Assembly: GCF_036321535.1 (NCBI RefSeq)
Contig: NC_087437.1
Span: 49,726,001 to 49,790,000 of the forward strand
Direction of reading: 5' to 3'
DNA: 64,000 nucleotides
Source: Camelus dromedarius
Lineage: Eukaryota
The notes under the pieces were generated by a model. The model was not told the DNA's origin and made no database searches. It was given only the letters and a program-made list of their open reading frames with translations. Of the stretch, positions 52,561 to 64,000 are shown piece by piece (within the stretch, counting starts at the first letter, position 1; every line of letters starts with the position of its first letter). A program made the translations under genes and the position numbers.

Positions 52561-53459
52561 CTGGGCATAGTAATGAAGAAGCCCAGCTGAAGCCCTGATT
52601 CCCTCCTAGAAAAGTCAGTTCTGCTCTTCTCCTGATCTCAGAAAGGGACCCAGATGATTCCTGGGAACAGGCCTGTGGTCACAGCTCAGCTGCACATCTA
52701 GCCCCTCAGAGGGTAAAGCCCCATTACCTTCTTAGCCAATGGAAGGGAAGGTGAAACATTTTATATTATGCAGTGATTGTGGAGTGAAGTGACCAGACAC
52801 AGCTATATTGCATAGGGTGGGGTTATTTTACTATTCATATATAATTGGTAACAGTAAGACTTTAAAAGAATGTGTTGTTGATATAGGCCATTGGCTGGAA
52901 AATGAAAATTTCTCTTGCACAGAATCTTACTTTGTGGTGTGTTTGCCATAAAAGTATCTGATCTGCCTATCAGAGAAAGATTTTTTTCTTTGTCTTCTTC
53001 ATATCTTCAAAGAGCAAAATGATCTAAGTCTGATGTGCATGTGCATTTGTGTTGGTGGTGGTGATGGTGTGAGTGTTGCTGCCTCAGTTTGTTCATATTT
53101 ATAGTGGGTCCAGGAATGTGGAAAGATTGATGAGGTATGAGAAGGTAGGGATTAAGGCTGATTCTAAATGTAAGAGATGGAGACCTCTGAGGACATCAGA
53201 TTTGGGGGTCTGGGAAAAATAAATGAAGGGGCTTTCAGCTGCTTGGCCATCTGGCAAAAAGGTTATGGAAATACCACCCTGGCCCAGAACTGGAAGACAG
53301 CAACCTAACCAAACCTCAGGAACCCCATCCCCGCTGAACTTTGGTTTAACCACTCTGTGCACCGTTGTCTCCTTAGTGAAGTGGTCATCATCTTTTCTTT
53401 GAAGAATTAATAATAGAATAAGATAATTAACCTAAAAATAAAAGTGCTCTATAATGTAA

Positions 53460-53700
53460 GCTAGTAATAACAATTCTTGCTGTAATCTATGAAATACCTG
53501 GTATATGTTGGGAATTGTTCTGGTTGCTTTAAATTATATCAGATCTTCAAAAGATATTTTTAAGGTAGGTATTATTAACTCTTTTTCAGACAGAGATAAA
53601 GGTTCAGAGAGGTTAAGTGACATGCACAGGGTCTGAACGAGGATTTATACCCAGGCCTGTTATATTTAGGCCTGTTTAACTCCCAGGCCTTTGCTCTTTG
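53460..53700 (-). mobile_element. MIR SINE
   Basis: aggtaggtattattaactctttttcagacagagataaaggttcagagaggttaagtgac. Confidence 0.75.
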
Positions 53701-53774
53701 GCGTTTGAACTGTTTTTGATTCATTTTCTTGTTTTCATTAATCACTAAAGGCTTTCCTTGGAAATGAACCTACA

Positions 53775-54000
53775 ATAATAATAATAAAAATAATAATAAC
53801 AGGGATTTATTGACTACTTACTATGTGATGTACCAGATATTGTTCTACACACTTGACACGTAACCCATTTAATCCCTTATAACCCTATGAAGGAGGTTAT
53901 ATTATTATCTCCATTTTATGGATGAGAAAATTGAGGCCCAGAGAGATTAACTAACTTGTCTACACTGGTAAGTGGCTGAGCTAAAATTCAAACTCAGTCA
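53775..54000 (-). mobile_element. MIR SINE
   Basis: atttattgactacttactatgtg...catttaatccc...ctccattttatggatgagaaaattgaggcccagagagattaactaacttgtc. Confidence 0.85.
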
Positions 54001-55669
54001 ATCATGTGATTAAATTATTTAGAAGATAAATAAATTGGTGGAAAGCAACAAGGGACCCTTTTTCTTGGCATAATACATGATGTAAAGCTTTCTTAGCAGG
54101 TACAATTTACGCAGAGATTAAGGTACCTTCTGCATTATGTTCTAAAGCCTTGTCAAAATTGTTTCTATTTTTGGCTTACTTTGTCTATCATAAAATGAAG
54201 TTTATGAATAAGCTACATCTATGAGTAGTTGTATACATTTAACTCTGTAACAATTACTTTCCTGAAGATCATATAAATCTATAATTCTAGAAAGGTAAAC
54301 GGACAAAAATGTCTCCATTTGCGTTCAGCCTCAACTTAGAAAGCTGTACAAATAAGCTTTATTGCCTTATTAATTTTCCAAAAGAGTTATGGTTTGGTAG
54401 CTTGTTGAAACAAATCTTTTTAGCAAGATTAATTTTAAACTTAGACGTTATGAGTATCAAATTAAGCTGTCAGCTGGTGAAATGATACAGAGAAAGATGT
54501 GTTGCAACCACCCTCCCTCCTCTGTCTTCCTCCCTACCCCCCACCTCTGTAGAGATTGGTGAGTATGAACAGGAATACCAGAGGACAGGAATCACATTTT
54601 AGTAATTCTTTTCTAGTTATGTCAGATTTCTAGCATGCTATTAGAGACACATGTGTCATCCTCACCATCAACCAACATATCATTGCTGTTTCAAACTGTT
54701 ACTAGAGCTGTTGACACAGAATATTGTGTCTGTCGACAGCTCCAATTAGCTGGCGTGTCTGACTGGTGACAGCGTGGTCTACTTTTGTTTATGGGGACGG
54801 TGGGAGCTGTATCTCCGTCTCCCTACCTCCAGGGGCAGACAGATGGAAAGAGCTATATAATCATCAACGGAAGCGTGTGATATTCTGTCTTCACAAACCA
54901 TCACGCGGAGCAGAACCAACGGCCTTTTGTCTGCTTTTAGAAATGACTGCAAGACCCCTCCCATCTGTCAAGTTATGAGGGTGAATATGCATAAAATGCA
55001 CCATGTATATGTACACATAGAACACACTGGATTGGGGTGTGAGGGAGAAATAGAACAAACATTTTTTAAAAAGCCAATGTGATATTTAATTTGTATCATG
55101 TCAGCCCTGAAGATATTTTTGCCTCAATACTAAGTTTACAAAAGAAACTTTTATTAAAAAATTTTTAAATAATAAACCAATCATCATCTTATTATCATTT
55201 ACATCTTACCATACGTTATGTGACTCATAACGTATCATAGCTGTTAAATCACATTTTGTAACATTCGACACTTTCTACTATGAATGACCTTTCTCTTGAC
55301 ATGAGGTGGAATCATGAGCCGGGAATTCCTTATGGTATGTCATCTTCTCCACTAGTTCCCAACCTTTCTTCATAGAGACACATGAAGAAATGATGTTCAC
55401 AGGCCAAGAAAGGCACCTTAAGAAGCAAATCCAAGGATGTGTACAATTCATAGGACGTGGCTCCTAACTCCATTCTTTCCAACAGAAGGAAGAGGAATGC
55501 CAACGGGGTGATTGAGAATGATGTAGTTAAAACATCAGTCTGAAATTAATTTTGTTTAAAAATATAAACCATTCTTAAGTTTTATTAGTTTTATTGTTAG
55601 ATGTGACTCATAACGTACCATAGCTGGAAACCACTGACCTGGTTTATTAGTTCATTTCATATCCTCAGT

Positions 55670-55905
55670 TAACTATGACTCACCCTTCAGGTTTCAGCTC
55701 AGATACCACTTGCCTGAGTAAACCTTCCTAGAACCTTCATTATACACACTCACAACACTCCATTCTTCTCCTTTCTAGCACCACTTGCAGTTTGGAATAC
55801 CCATTTGTGTAATTATTTGATTAACATCTGCCTCCCCACAAGGAGCCCAGGACAGTGCCTGGCACCCAGCTGGGATCCGATACAGGTGTGTTGACTGAAT
55901 GCTGT
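55670..55905 (+). mobile_element. L2 3' fragment
   Basis: tcacccttcaggtttcagctcagatacc...cagtgcctggcacccag...gttgactgaatg. Confidence 0.65.
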
Positions 55906-57989
55906 TCAGAAGAAATCATAGTAGAACTTTTCAGGTAAAAGAAATACTCTCATCTGGGTTTCTAAGACTAGAACTTCATGTAAGGGAGTGCTCCTTTGTG
56001 TCTAGTTTATAGCTACCAATTTAGCACAGAACTAGATTTAGGCGGATAGTGGTGTGGCTGTGGGAGTCCAGAGTGTATGTTCTAGGCAAAGGGAGTAGCC
56101 TGCATGAGGCTTCTAAGAGCCCTGTTCTACACATGGCAGGATCGAAGGACAGGTCTGAGAAGAACACCACGGACAGAGAGGCCTCCAAACAATGGACCAC
56201 CCATAGCTCTAGGAGGCCAAACTGAAACTGACTTGAAAGCCTTGTGGGTGATCTCTTTTCACCTATTACTCATGGACAGTAGACATATTAATTAATATTG
56301 GTCCTATCTATGTTGTATCCTGGCAGACATGGGAATGAGACTCACATTTCTGAAACTTTGTTTGATAGTGATAACCTATATACCAAGCAGATAGGTACCA
56401 TGAAGGAGAAATCAACATTTACTGTTTTATGTGATGAAAATTTGGGAGTTGCTTGTTACGACAACATAACCCAGCCCACCCTGACTGATGGAGAAATTTT
56501 TACATTATACTTTTATTTATGTATTTCTATGTATCAGATTATTTGGTGAAAAAAAATCATGTTTTTATTTTTACTGCTCCACATTCAACAAGTTGGATGT
56601 TTAAGTTTCTGTAGTAGACACTTGAACTTTTTTGCATAAATATTTGGAATTTGAAAATCAGTATTTACTCAATTGATAGCTCATTGAGAACAGAGGCCAT
56701 GTCTTTTACATCGTTGCCCCTCCCACAAAGCCCTACACACTTTGTAAATAGTCAGCTTAACTCTTTGTTGAATGAATAGGTCACCTATTAAACGTATCTT
56801 TTCCGGGCTGAAGCCTGTCAGTCAATTTCTTTAGTCTACATAGGTTTCATGTCCCAACGTTTGCATCCCTTTCTCTGAGTTGTCCTTATTCTCTCTGAAT
56901 TGTAGGCTCACAACAGATCATGGTATGAACACCCTGCAACAGGCAACAGCCCTGCATTTCAGAATTGTCGGGCATTTTCTGAGCCTCAGATCCAGTTTCG
57001 TTGCCTTTGCTCAGCCAGGCAGTTCTGGTCTATTACTTCTGCAGGTCTTTGCTCGTGTACTTTGGACCTTGGGAGAAGTCCGATTAAGAACTTCTGTTTA
57101 TTTAGCTTTCACTTTCCAAGACGTTTTCATATATATTTTTTTTCATTTTATCCTCCCTGGAAACTCTAAGAAAAACAAGTAAGGTAGCTATCCCCCCACC
57201 CCATTTGACAGATGGGCAAATTAAGTCTCAGGGAAGTTACACAGCTAGCAAATAGAACACGTACCACTGAGTCACTGGCAGGAAGTTTTATTGTGCTAAA
57301 ATCAGGAAATCAGAGAAATACTTACCTTGCTGTGCTTTATCACCAATTTGATCTCCCAGAAGGTAGAGGCTACTACTGCTCTGAACTTCTCATTAGCAAG
57401 GGGATGCCTGTGAAGGTGAGGGGGATTATGGGAGAAAATGAGTGCATTTTTAAGAGTTAAAAATAGTTGAAGGAGGGATGACTGAGCACAGTCAAATGTG
57501 TTCTTTGGGCATTCAGAATGCATTTTTTTCCCCCTAAATCAAAGAAATGACTCCTAAGAAATATGGCATCATTCTATAGACAGAGACTTTAAAAGGGAGC
57601 ATAGCTCAAAGGAGATAAGGGAGTTTGAAAAATGTAATTCTGATCATACATGCATGAATAATCTCCATGTGAATACAGGGAGACACATCTGAAGAAGCTT
57701 TTGTGACTGCCAAGGGGGCTCTCTGATGAGCTTATGTTTGAAAGGACTCCTAGGAGAGATGGAAGAGAGAAGGCACGATGGGGGAAGAGACTGGTGGGAA
57801 GTGCCATGGACCAGCCCTGAGAGCCAGAGAGTTAGACCCATAGGCTGCATGGGACCTTCAATGGGCCATTCCTTGCTCACGAGGGCCTTGGAGTAGACAT
57901 TCTCTCTCCTGGGCTTAAGATTTAAGATTCATAAATACTACACACACAAAAGAGAGATCCTAAACAGAGTGTATTCAAATGAGACCAGA

Positions 57990-58620
57990 AGGAGTTGAAG
58001 CTGGTAAAAAATGCTAAAGAAGTATAAAGTTGCTTTCAAGAAAGAAAAATTTAAAAGGTGTGAAAATGAAAGTGGAGGGCATGGGGAAACACGTCCTCTA
58101 AACTCTGGGGAGATATAGAATGGCTCTGGTTAATGTTAGGTACCCTTGCTTGGAGAATCTTTTTGCTTTGTTACCAGGAATCACTTCAATTTGCCTGTGG
58201 ACTGATCTAACTAGAAGAATAATCTTCAAACCAAGTGGGCAAAATAAATAATGCAAAGAGGAAACAGATCCCAGACAGATGAAGAGAGAGACAATTAAGT
58301 GCCATTAATGAGAAAACGTCTATGTTTGGAAGGACTGCATCCCAGGATGTTGAAATACCTAAAAGATATGATCAAAGAACCAGTCTTGCTGCTCCCAAGA
58401 AACCACGGAGAACAAGAGAAGAGTTAGAAGACAGAGGGACAAACACCATCCCTCTTTTCTAAAGAGCAAGAAGGATAAAGCATTAGTCTGATGAACTTAG
58501 TGTTGTTTTCCAGCAGAAATAGAGTAGATTTTTATGTTGGCGAATGCGTGAGCACATTGTGATGAAAGCAGCACATATTAAGATTCAACATGATTCTCCA
58601 AGAACAAATTCTGGTTATTT
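57990..58620 (+). mobile_element. L3/CR1 LINE ORF2 remnant, part 1
   Basis: Decayed CR1 RT motifs in order: ctgcatcccaggatgttgaaa (LHPRxLK), ggagaacaagagaagagttagaagac (xTGEVPEDW-like), caacatgattctccaagaacaaattc (QHGFxKNKS-like). Confidence 0.7.
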
Positions 58621-58623
58621 AAA

Positions 58624-58659
58624 ACACACACACACACACACGCACGCACACACACACAT
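58624..58659. repeat. Interrupted (CA)n microsatellite
   Basis: Read directly. Confidence 0.9.
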
Positions 58660-58678
58660 AACATTATGGATTGGTAGG

Positions 58679-59182
58679 TATAGGCAGAATAATAGCCCCC
58701 AAAGATGTCCTCATTCTCATTCCTGAACCTGTGAATAAATCAGGTGACAGCAAAGAGGAATTAAAGTTGTAGGTGGGATTAAAGTTACTAATCAATTGAA
58801 TTTGAACGGGGAGATTAGCCTGGATTATCTTGATGGGCCCATTGTAATCACAAGGCTCCTTAAATGTGGAAGGGGGAGGCAGAGAGTCAGTGGCAGAGTG
58901 ATGCCCTGTATAAAAGACTCTTCTGGCCATCGCTGCCTTTGAAGATGAAAGGGTGTGATGAGCCTAGGAATGCTAGCAGTCTCTAAAAGCTGGACAAGGT
59001 AAGAAAGTGATTCTCCTCTAGAGCCTCCAGAAGGGACGTGACCTTACAGACACCTTGATTTTTATCTCAGTGAGACCCATTTTGGCCTTCTGATCTCCAG
59101 AACTGTAAGATAATAAATCTGTGTTGTTTTAAGCCACTTAATGTGTGGTTATTTGTTACAGCAGTGATAGGAGACTAACACA
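58679..59182 (+). mobile_element. MaLR solo LTR (MLT1D-like)
   Basis: taggcagaataatagcccccaaagatgtcc...gattctcctctagagcctccagaagg...ctccagaactgtaagataataaat...gactaacaca; 5-bp TSD gtagg (58674-58678, 59183-59187). Confidence 0.92.
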
Positions 59183-59189
59183 GTAGGCA

Positions 59190-59355
59190 ATGGGAGTCTC
59201 TTGACTCCCCAAGGTCTTTGAGAGTTTTTCTCATAAACCTGATGGGAAAACTGATTAGTAATATTGTTTAGATGAATTTCCAGTTGCTTGAACAATCATC
59301 CCATGTCACCCTGAGAGAAGTTGCCCTGCGTCCTGCCACAGGACTCTGCCCTGGG
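59190..59355 (+). mobile_element. L3/CR1 ORF2 remnant, part 2
   Basis: cttgactccccaaggtctttgag (LDFxKAFD-like) and ctgccacaggactctgccctggg (PQGSxLG-like) continue the motif order of part 1. Confidence 0.6.
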
Positions 59356-59356
59356 T

Positions 59357-59830
59357 TCATTCACTCATTCACTTACTCAACAAATATTTATTGAGCATCT
59401 TTTATGTCACAGGCACTGCTGTAAGAACTGAAAATTCAACAGGGAACAAGAAAGCAAGGTCCCCACGCTCGGAGTTTACATTCTAGTGGAACAAACAGAC
59501 AAAAAACATAGTTTCCAGTAGTGATGTGTGCTTTGAGGGAAAATCAAGCAGATTAAAGGAATAAAGGAATGCAGAGGAGGTCTTTTTTTGGATAGAAATG
59601 TGTCTTGGGGGTGATATTTGAGCAGACAACTGAAAGCCATGAGAAGGTCTGATGAAAGAACTTTTCTAGGAGAGAGGAACAGACAGCGCAAAGACCATGA
59701 CAGGAGATAGAGCTTGTCATGTTCTGAAGACAGCAAGAAGGTCAGAGGGGCCAAAATTAAACGAGCAAGGGTGAAAGTGATAGGAGGCCAGATAGGAGAG
59801 GAAGTAGATCATAGCGTGTTTGAGTAGAGA
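59357..59830 (-). mobile_element. L2a 3' fragment
   Basis: tcattcactcattcacttactcaacaaatatttattgagcatc...ggagtttacattctagtgg...cagcaagaaggtcag. Confidence 0.85.
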
Positions 59831-60599
59831 CTGAGTGATTACCCATGAGGCATAGGTGGTCTCCATCTTTGATTCCCGATCTCAGGTGCTTAGACAAGAG
59901 AGAAAAAAAGTACACTGCTTTGAGCCCAGTCCTTTCTTTATCTGTGGCTGCTGTGGCCATGACTTGGTACCTCTCACTCTAATACTGCTCACTCCTCTCT
60001 CCCTGACTTGAGAGGTCAAGTCCTCCCCTTGAGGGGAGGAGAGTAAAGACTAATTCACTCCTCTGCAGTTTAATTTTAGCTGAGAGTCACTTGGCCAGAT
60101 GACTTCTGAAGCCTCTTTAATCTTTAGGGCTGTATGATTATGTAATTAGTCTTCTCAAAGGACCACATTGCTACTGGGCTTTAACATCTCACAAATGAGA
60201 ATAATATCCACTCTCCCTTTCTCAGATAGGGTGTGATAAAATACCTTAGAGTGTATTACAAAGATGAGAGCTATACAAATACAAGTTGCTATTACTAATG
60301 AATTAGATACATTAATACATCGTAATTTTTTGTTTTTTATTCACTCTTCATAAACCATGATCATTCTGAATTCTTATCTAGTCCTCTCAGTGGACATCTT
60401 CTCACTTAATAACACTTATGAACTCAAATAAGGTTTGAATAATCAAAGGAAGAAACAGGACAACAACAAGTGATTCCAGGGAAGTTCCCACTGAATATTA
60501 TATGTCATTTCCTTGCAAATTGATTGTGGGTCCATTGACATGTCCAACCTCAACCTTCTGAATGGCTGGTATGGGTACAATAGATAGGCAGACTGAGAA

Positions 60600-60820
60600 G
60601 CACTGTTTGTAGTATAATGAGTGAGAGTGTAGACTTTGGGTTTGGATCCCAGCTCTTTCCTTTACTAGATATATAACCTTGGGCAAATAACTGAACTGCT
60701 TTGTGCCTCAGCTTTCTCATCTGTAAAATGGAAATAATAATAACTGCGTTAATTTATGTAAAGCATTTAAAACAACACCTGGCACAGGGGAAACACTCGA
60801 TTAGTGTAAGCTATTATTTA
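60600..60820 (+). mobile_element. MIR SINE
   Basis: gatcccagctctttcctttactag...accttgggcaaataactgaac...gtgcctcagctttctcatctgtaaaatggaaataataa. Confidence 0.88.
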
Positions 60821-60824
60821 TGAC

Positions 60825-61353
60825 CTATATTATTTATCACTGTATAACAACATTACCACAAACTTAGTGCTAAAAACAACACATTTATTATTTCATGATT
60901 TCTGTGAATCAGGACTCAGGCATGGCTTAACTAGGTCCTTTGCTTCAGGGGATCACAGGCTGCAATCAAGGTGTCTGCTGGGGCTGCAGTCTCACCTGAC
61001 GTTCATTTGAGGAAGTACTCGCCTCCAAGTTCACATCATTATTTGCAGCAATCAGTTCCCTGCAGGTTGCTGGACTGAGGGCCTTCCTTAGTTTCTTTCT
61101 GGCTCTTGGCCCAGGGCCACCCTTAGCTCCTTATCAGGTGGCTCTCTCCATCTAGAGGCTCCTGCCATGACAGCTGACTTCCTCAAAACCAGCAAGGGAG
61201 AGAGTCACATACATGCAATCACACACGTCCTATCACCTTGCCATATTCTATTAGTCAAAAGCAAGTCACAGGTCCTGCCTGCACTCAAGGGGAGGAAACC
61301 ACACAAGGGTATGACTACTAGGATCACGAGAGTCGCAATAGCCTGTCTTCCAT
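60825..61353 (-). mobile_element. MaLR LTR (MLT1E/F-like)
   Basis: attaccacaaacttagtg...ttctgtgaatcagga...aggctgcaatcaaggtgtc...gcaagtcacaggtcctgcctgcactcaaggggagg. Confidence 0.85.
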
Positions 61354-62454
61354 ATTACCCTGTTTTCTCAATCCACTAATGAAAATGTTAAGCTCAATCT
61401 ATTTTAAACTAAACGGGATAGGTTTTAATTTTATCTGGAAAATATCTTTTTCTCTCATTTTGCACTTTTTCCTCTTTCCTTATCTTACAAGAATACCAGA
61501 AATGATGTTTTTGCCTCAATCGTCGATGGACTACGCATCTATCCTTCTATGCCCAGAGTGTCTCTGTCATTTTCTTCCATTTTATTATAACTGGCACATT
61601 TTTCTTAACATACATTGATCATCAGTTACTTGCAACACCTGTGGATACCACATGCAGAATGAACATCTTTTAAAATGAGCAGCCTGATTAGGTAGTGGGT
61701 ATACATATGCCTCCCCAAAAGGAGAAACCAGGAAAATTCACGATAAAAAAAAAAAAAAATAGAGGCCCTAAGTGACTGCAAACTTGGCTTTTGCCAAAGG
61801 GTGTGTTGTGTGGGCTATGCACACACATAATCAAATAAAGTGGAGATTTGGCACGCATCACCCTGATTTTAACCCTGACTACCTAGATACCAGCTCTCAG
61901 CTTCAGTGACCCAAGGTGACTGTGGTGACCAGATGAACCTGATACCTTTCAGACTTCACCTCCATCTTCTGTTGAGACGCTGCCATTGGGCAAAATGCAA
62001 ATATTTATGTTCAGGTGTAAGCAATTTCAGCAGGTAGCCAGGACTTGTAGCCTTCTTCATCTGAGTGAATAGCTTTTGATTGACTGAATTGTAAAACAAA
62101 GTCACAAAATCATAGGTATTATAGTTAGAAATGGCCCTAGAGATTATTATTTTTTAAAGCCTCTCCTTTAAGAGATAAGGATATTGACACACAGGTAAGT
62201 CAGTGATTTTCTCAAGGTCACCTGGAAAGTTGATGGCAGCACTAGGACCATGATCCTGCATCCGCAGGGCTCTGTGCCTCTGGCACACTTCCCCACCTCA
62301 TCCCACGTTTCTTTTACTGTCAGGTGACTTGGAGAAACCCCCCTTGATGTGGCTACCACAAATTCAAAAGTAATTCGTGAGAAATTAATGAATAATTATA
62401 TACATAGATGTCATATTTCCATAATTCCAAATTTCTATTTAAATTGTATTAGGT

Positions 62455-62812
62455 TTATTTTGGATGGAATTGTCTCCCTTAAAGTTTGTCTGTTGACTCT
62501 CTAACTCGCAATGTGACTATATTTGGAGATAAGGCCTTCAAGAGGGTTATTAAGATTAAATGAGGTTATAAGGGTGGGGCCCCCTAATGCAATAGGACCG
62601 GAGTTCTTACAAGATGAGAAAGATCTACCAGGTGTGTGTAGACACAGAGAAAAGGCCAGGAGGAGACACGGTGAGAAGGCAGCCATCTACAAGGCCAGAA
62701 GAGAGGCTTCAGGAGGAACCAAACCTCCCTCCAGAACTGTGAGATCTAAATTTCTTTGTTGAAGCTGCCCGGTCCGTGGTGTTTTGTTATGGCGGCCCCA
62801 GCACATTAATAT
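62455..62812 (+). mobile_element. MaLR solo LTR (MLT1A-like)
   Basis: caatgtgactatatttggagataaggcctt...aaatgaggttataagggtggggccc...gagaaggcagccatctacaag...ccagaactgtgaga...ttgttatggcggccc. Confidence 0.9.
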
Positions 62813-63469
62813 AGGGCTGGTTCAAGATCAAATGTTATACCTAGTGAGAGCGTTATAAATGAGTTCAACTTTCTCCTTGTTTCTGCTGCTAAATGCTAGA
62901 AGTAAAGCTATCATATTTTTATCCATCACAGGATTGTTCTTTTGGTAAACAACAAGAACTCTCAAACATTCTTTCTGAGCAGGAAATATGATTCTATTTG
63001 GCTAGATTCACATATATCACAAGTGAACTGCTGCCACCAGGGCAGGCAGGCCAACCCAACCGTTCATCTTGTGGGATTAATCCCTTCTTCCTCCGTCTTC
63101 TCTCAGGTCTCCACCACACTGCATTCATTTTTATAGTCACGTTTTTGTTTGAGAGAGCAAGAATGTGGAAACAGGAGAAATTGTAGTTGTGGGTAAAAAT
63201 GAGTGTGCCAGAGTCTACTCCAAGTCTGGTTTGGAAGATGACAACCAATTTCAGCAACCTGGTGTGTGGAATATTGGATTTGTAACGTTATCCTGTTCGC
63301 ACCCTCATCATCATGCGCATAGCTCATACCTTAATTTCATGAGTGATTCACCATTATGAATGTGGTGGGAGAAAGTTTTGAGATGGGGCACCAGCTGGCT
63401 GCTGCCTTCCCTCTTGGCTGTGAGTAAAAAGAAACATTATAATGACTGAGGTTGCTTTGAGTTAGAGGC

Positions 63470-63850
63470 TCCGTGCCACTCTGGCTCCCTATTACCTACC
63501 CTATGACGTCTAAATGTTTGGCCTGGCTTTTGATGTTCCTCCACTTGCCTGTCCCACACAATTCACCCAGACGGATGTCACAGGCCTTCTCAGCACCGAT
63601 TCCACCCATTGGGCTCACCCCTGCTGACCTCCTTCCTAGAAATACCCTCCCTCTCAGCTAAATTCTGCCGGTTTTAAAAGCGCACTTTAAGGCCTGTCCC
63701 CTCTAAGAAACCCACGAAGACACTCAATCGTCTCAGATCTTTGCTTTGGTAATTTGTCATTACCACATAATTAATATCTTATTATACACCCTTTGACTGT
63801 TTTTAGCTCTGTGCAATGCTGGTGGCTACCTAGAGGCCATCCTGCATGGA
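63470..63850 (+). mobile_element. L2 fragment
   Basis: ctctggctccctattacctac...gcctggcttttgatgttcctcc...ttcctagaaataccctccc. Confidence 0.55.
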
Positions 63851-63859
63851 AAAAAATTA

Positions 63860-63995
63860 TGGGTATTAGAAATAGACAGATACGTTTTGAAATCCCAGAC
63901 CTGCCATTCAGGAGCTGAGTGGCTTGGGTAAGTTACTCAACCATCCTAAGCCATATTGGCTCTGTCTGTAAACAGGAAAATAGTATTTTCTAGTG
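63860..63995 (+). mobile_element. MIR fragment
   Basis: tgaaatcccagacctgccatt...agctgagtggcttgggtaagttactcaacc...tctgtaaacagg. Confidence 0.7.
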
Positions 63996-64000
63996 CTCTT

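Noticed and set aside
1..64000. A novel multi-gene system (defence island, operon, intact endogenous virus)
   Set aside because: No long ORFs or gene clusters; the recognisable sequence is ordinary mammalian repeats plus non-coding DNA

Overview
AT-rich, CpG-depleted mammalian genomic DNA, intronic or intergenic in character and dense in interspersed repeats (L1, L2, L3/CR1, MIR, MaLR/ERVL LTRs, hAT MITEs, microsatellites). Two young tRNA-derived SINEs and several young L1 3' ends resemble camelid families as I recall them (Vic-1-like SINE, alpaca/camel L1), suggesting a camelid genome. I could not identify any host protein-coding gene. The only ORFs in the track with recognisable protein similarity are retroelement remnants (L1 ORF2 C-terminus, MaLR internal ORF). 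The most notable non-repeat signal is a small CpG island at ~16.5-16.7 kb with a perfect NRF1 palindrome and a chain of minus-strand splice sites suggesting an unidentified spliced transcript. A second CpG cluster lies at ~51.5 kb. I see no evidence for a novel multi-gene system. Repeat family names are from recalled consensus similarity, not a search. Repeat boundaries are approximate unless a target-site duplication (TSD) is given.
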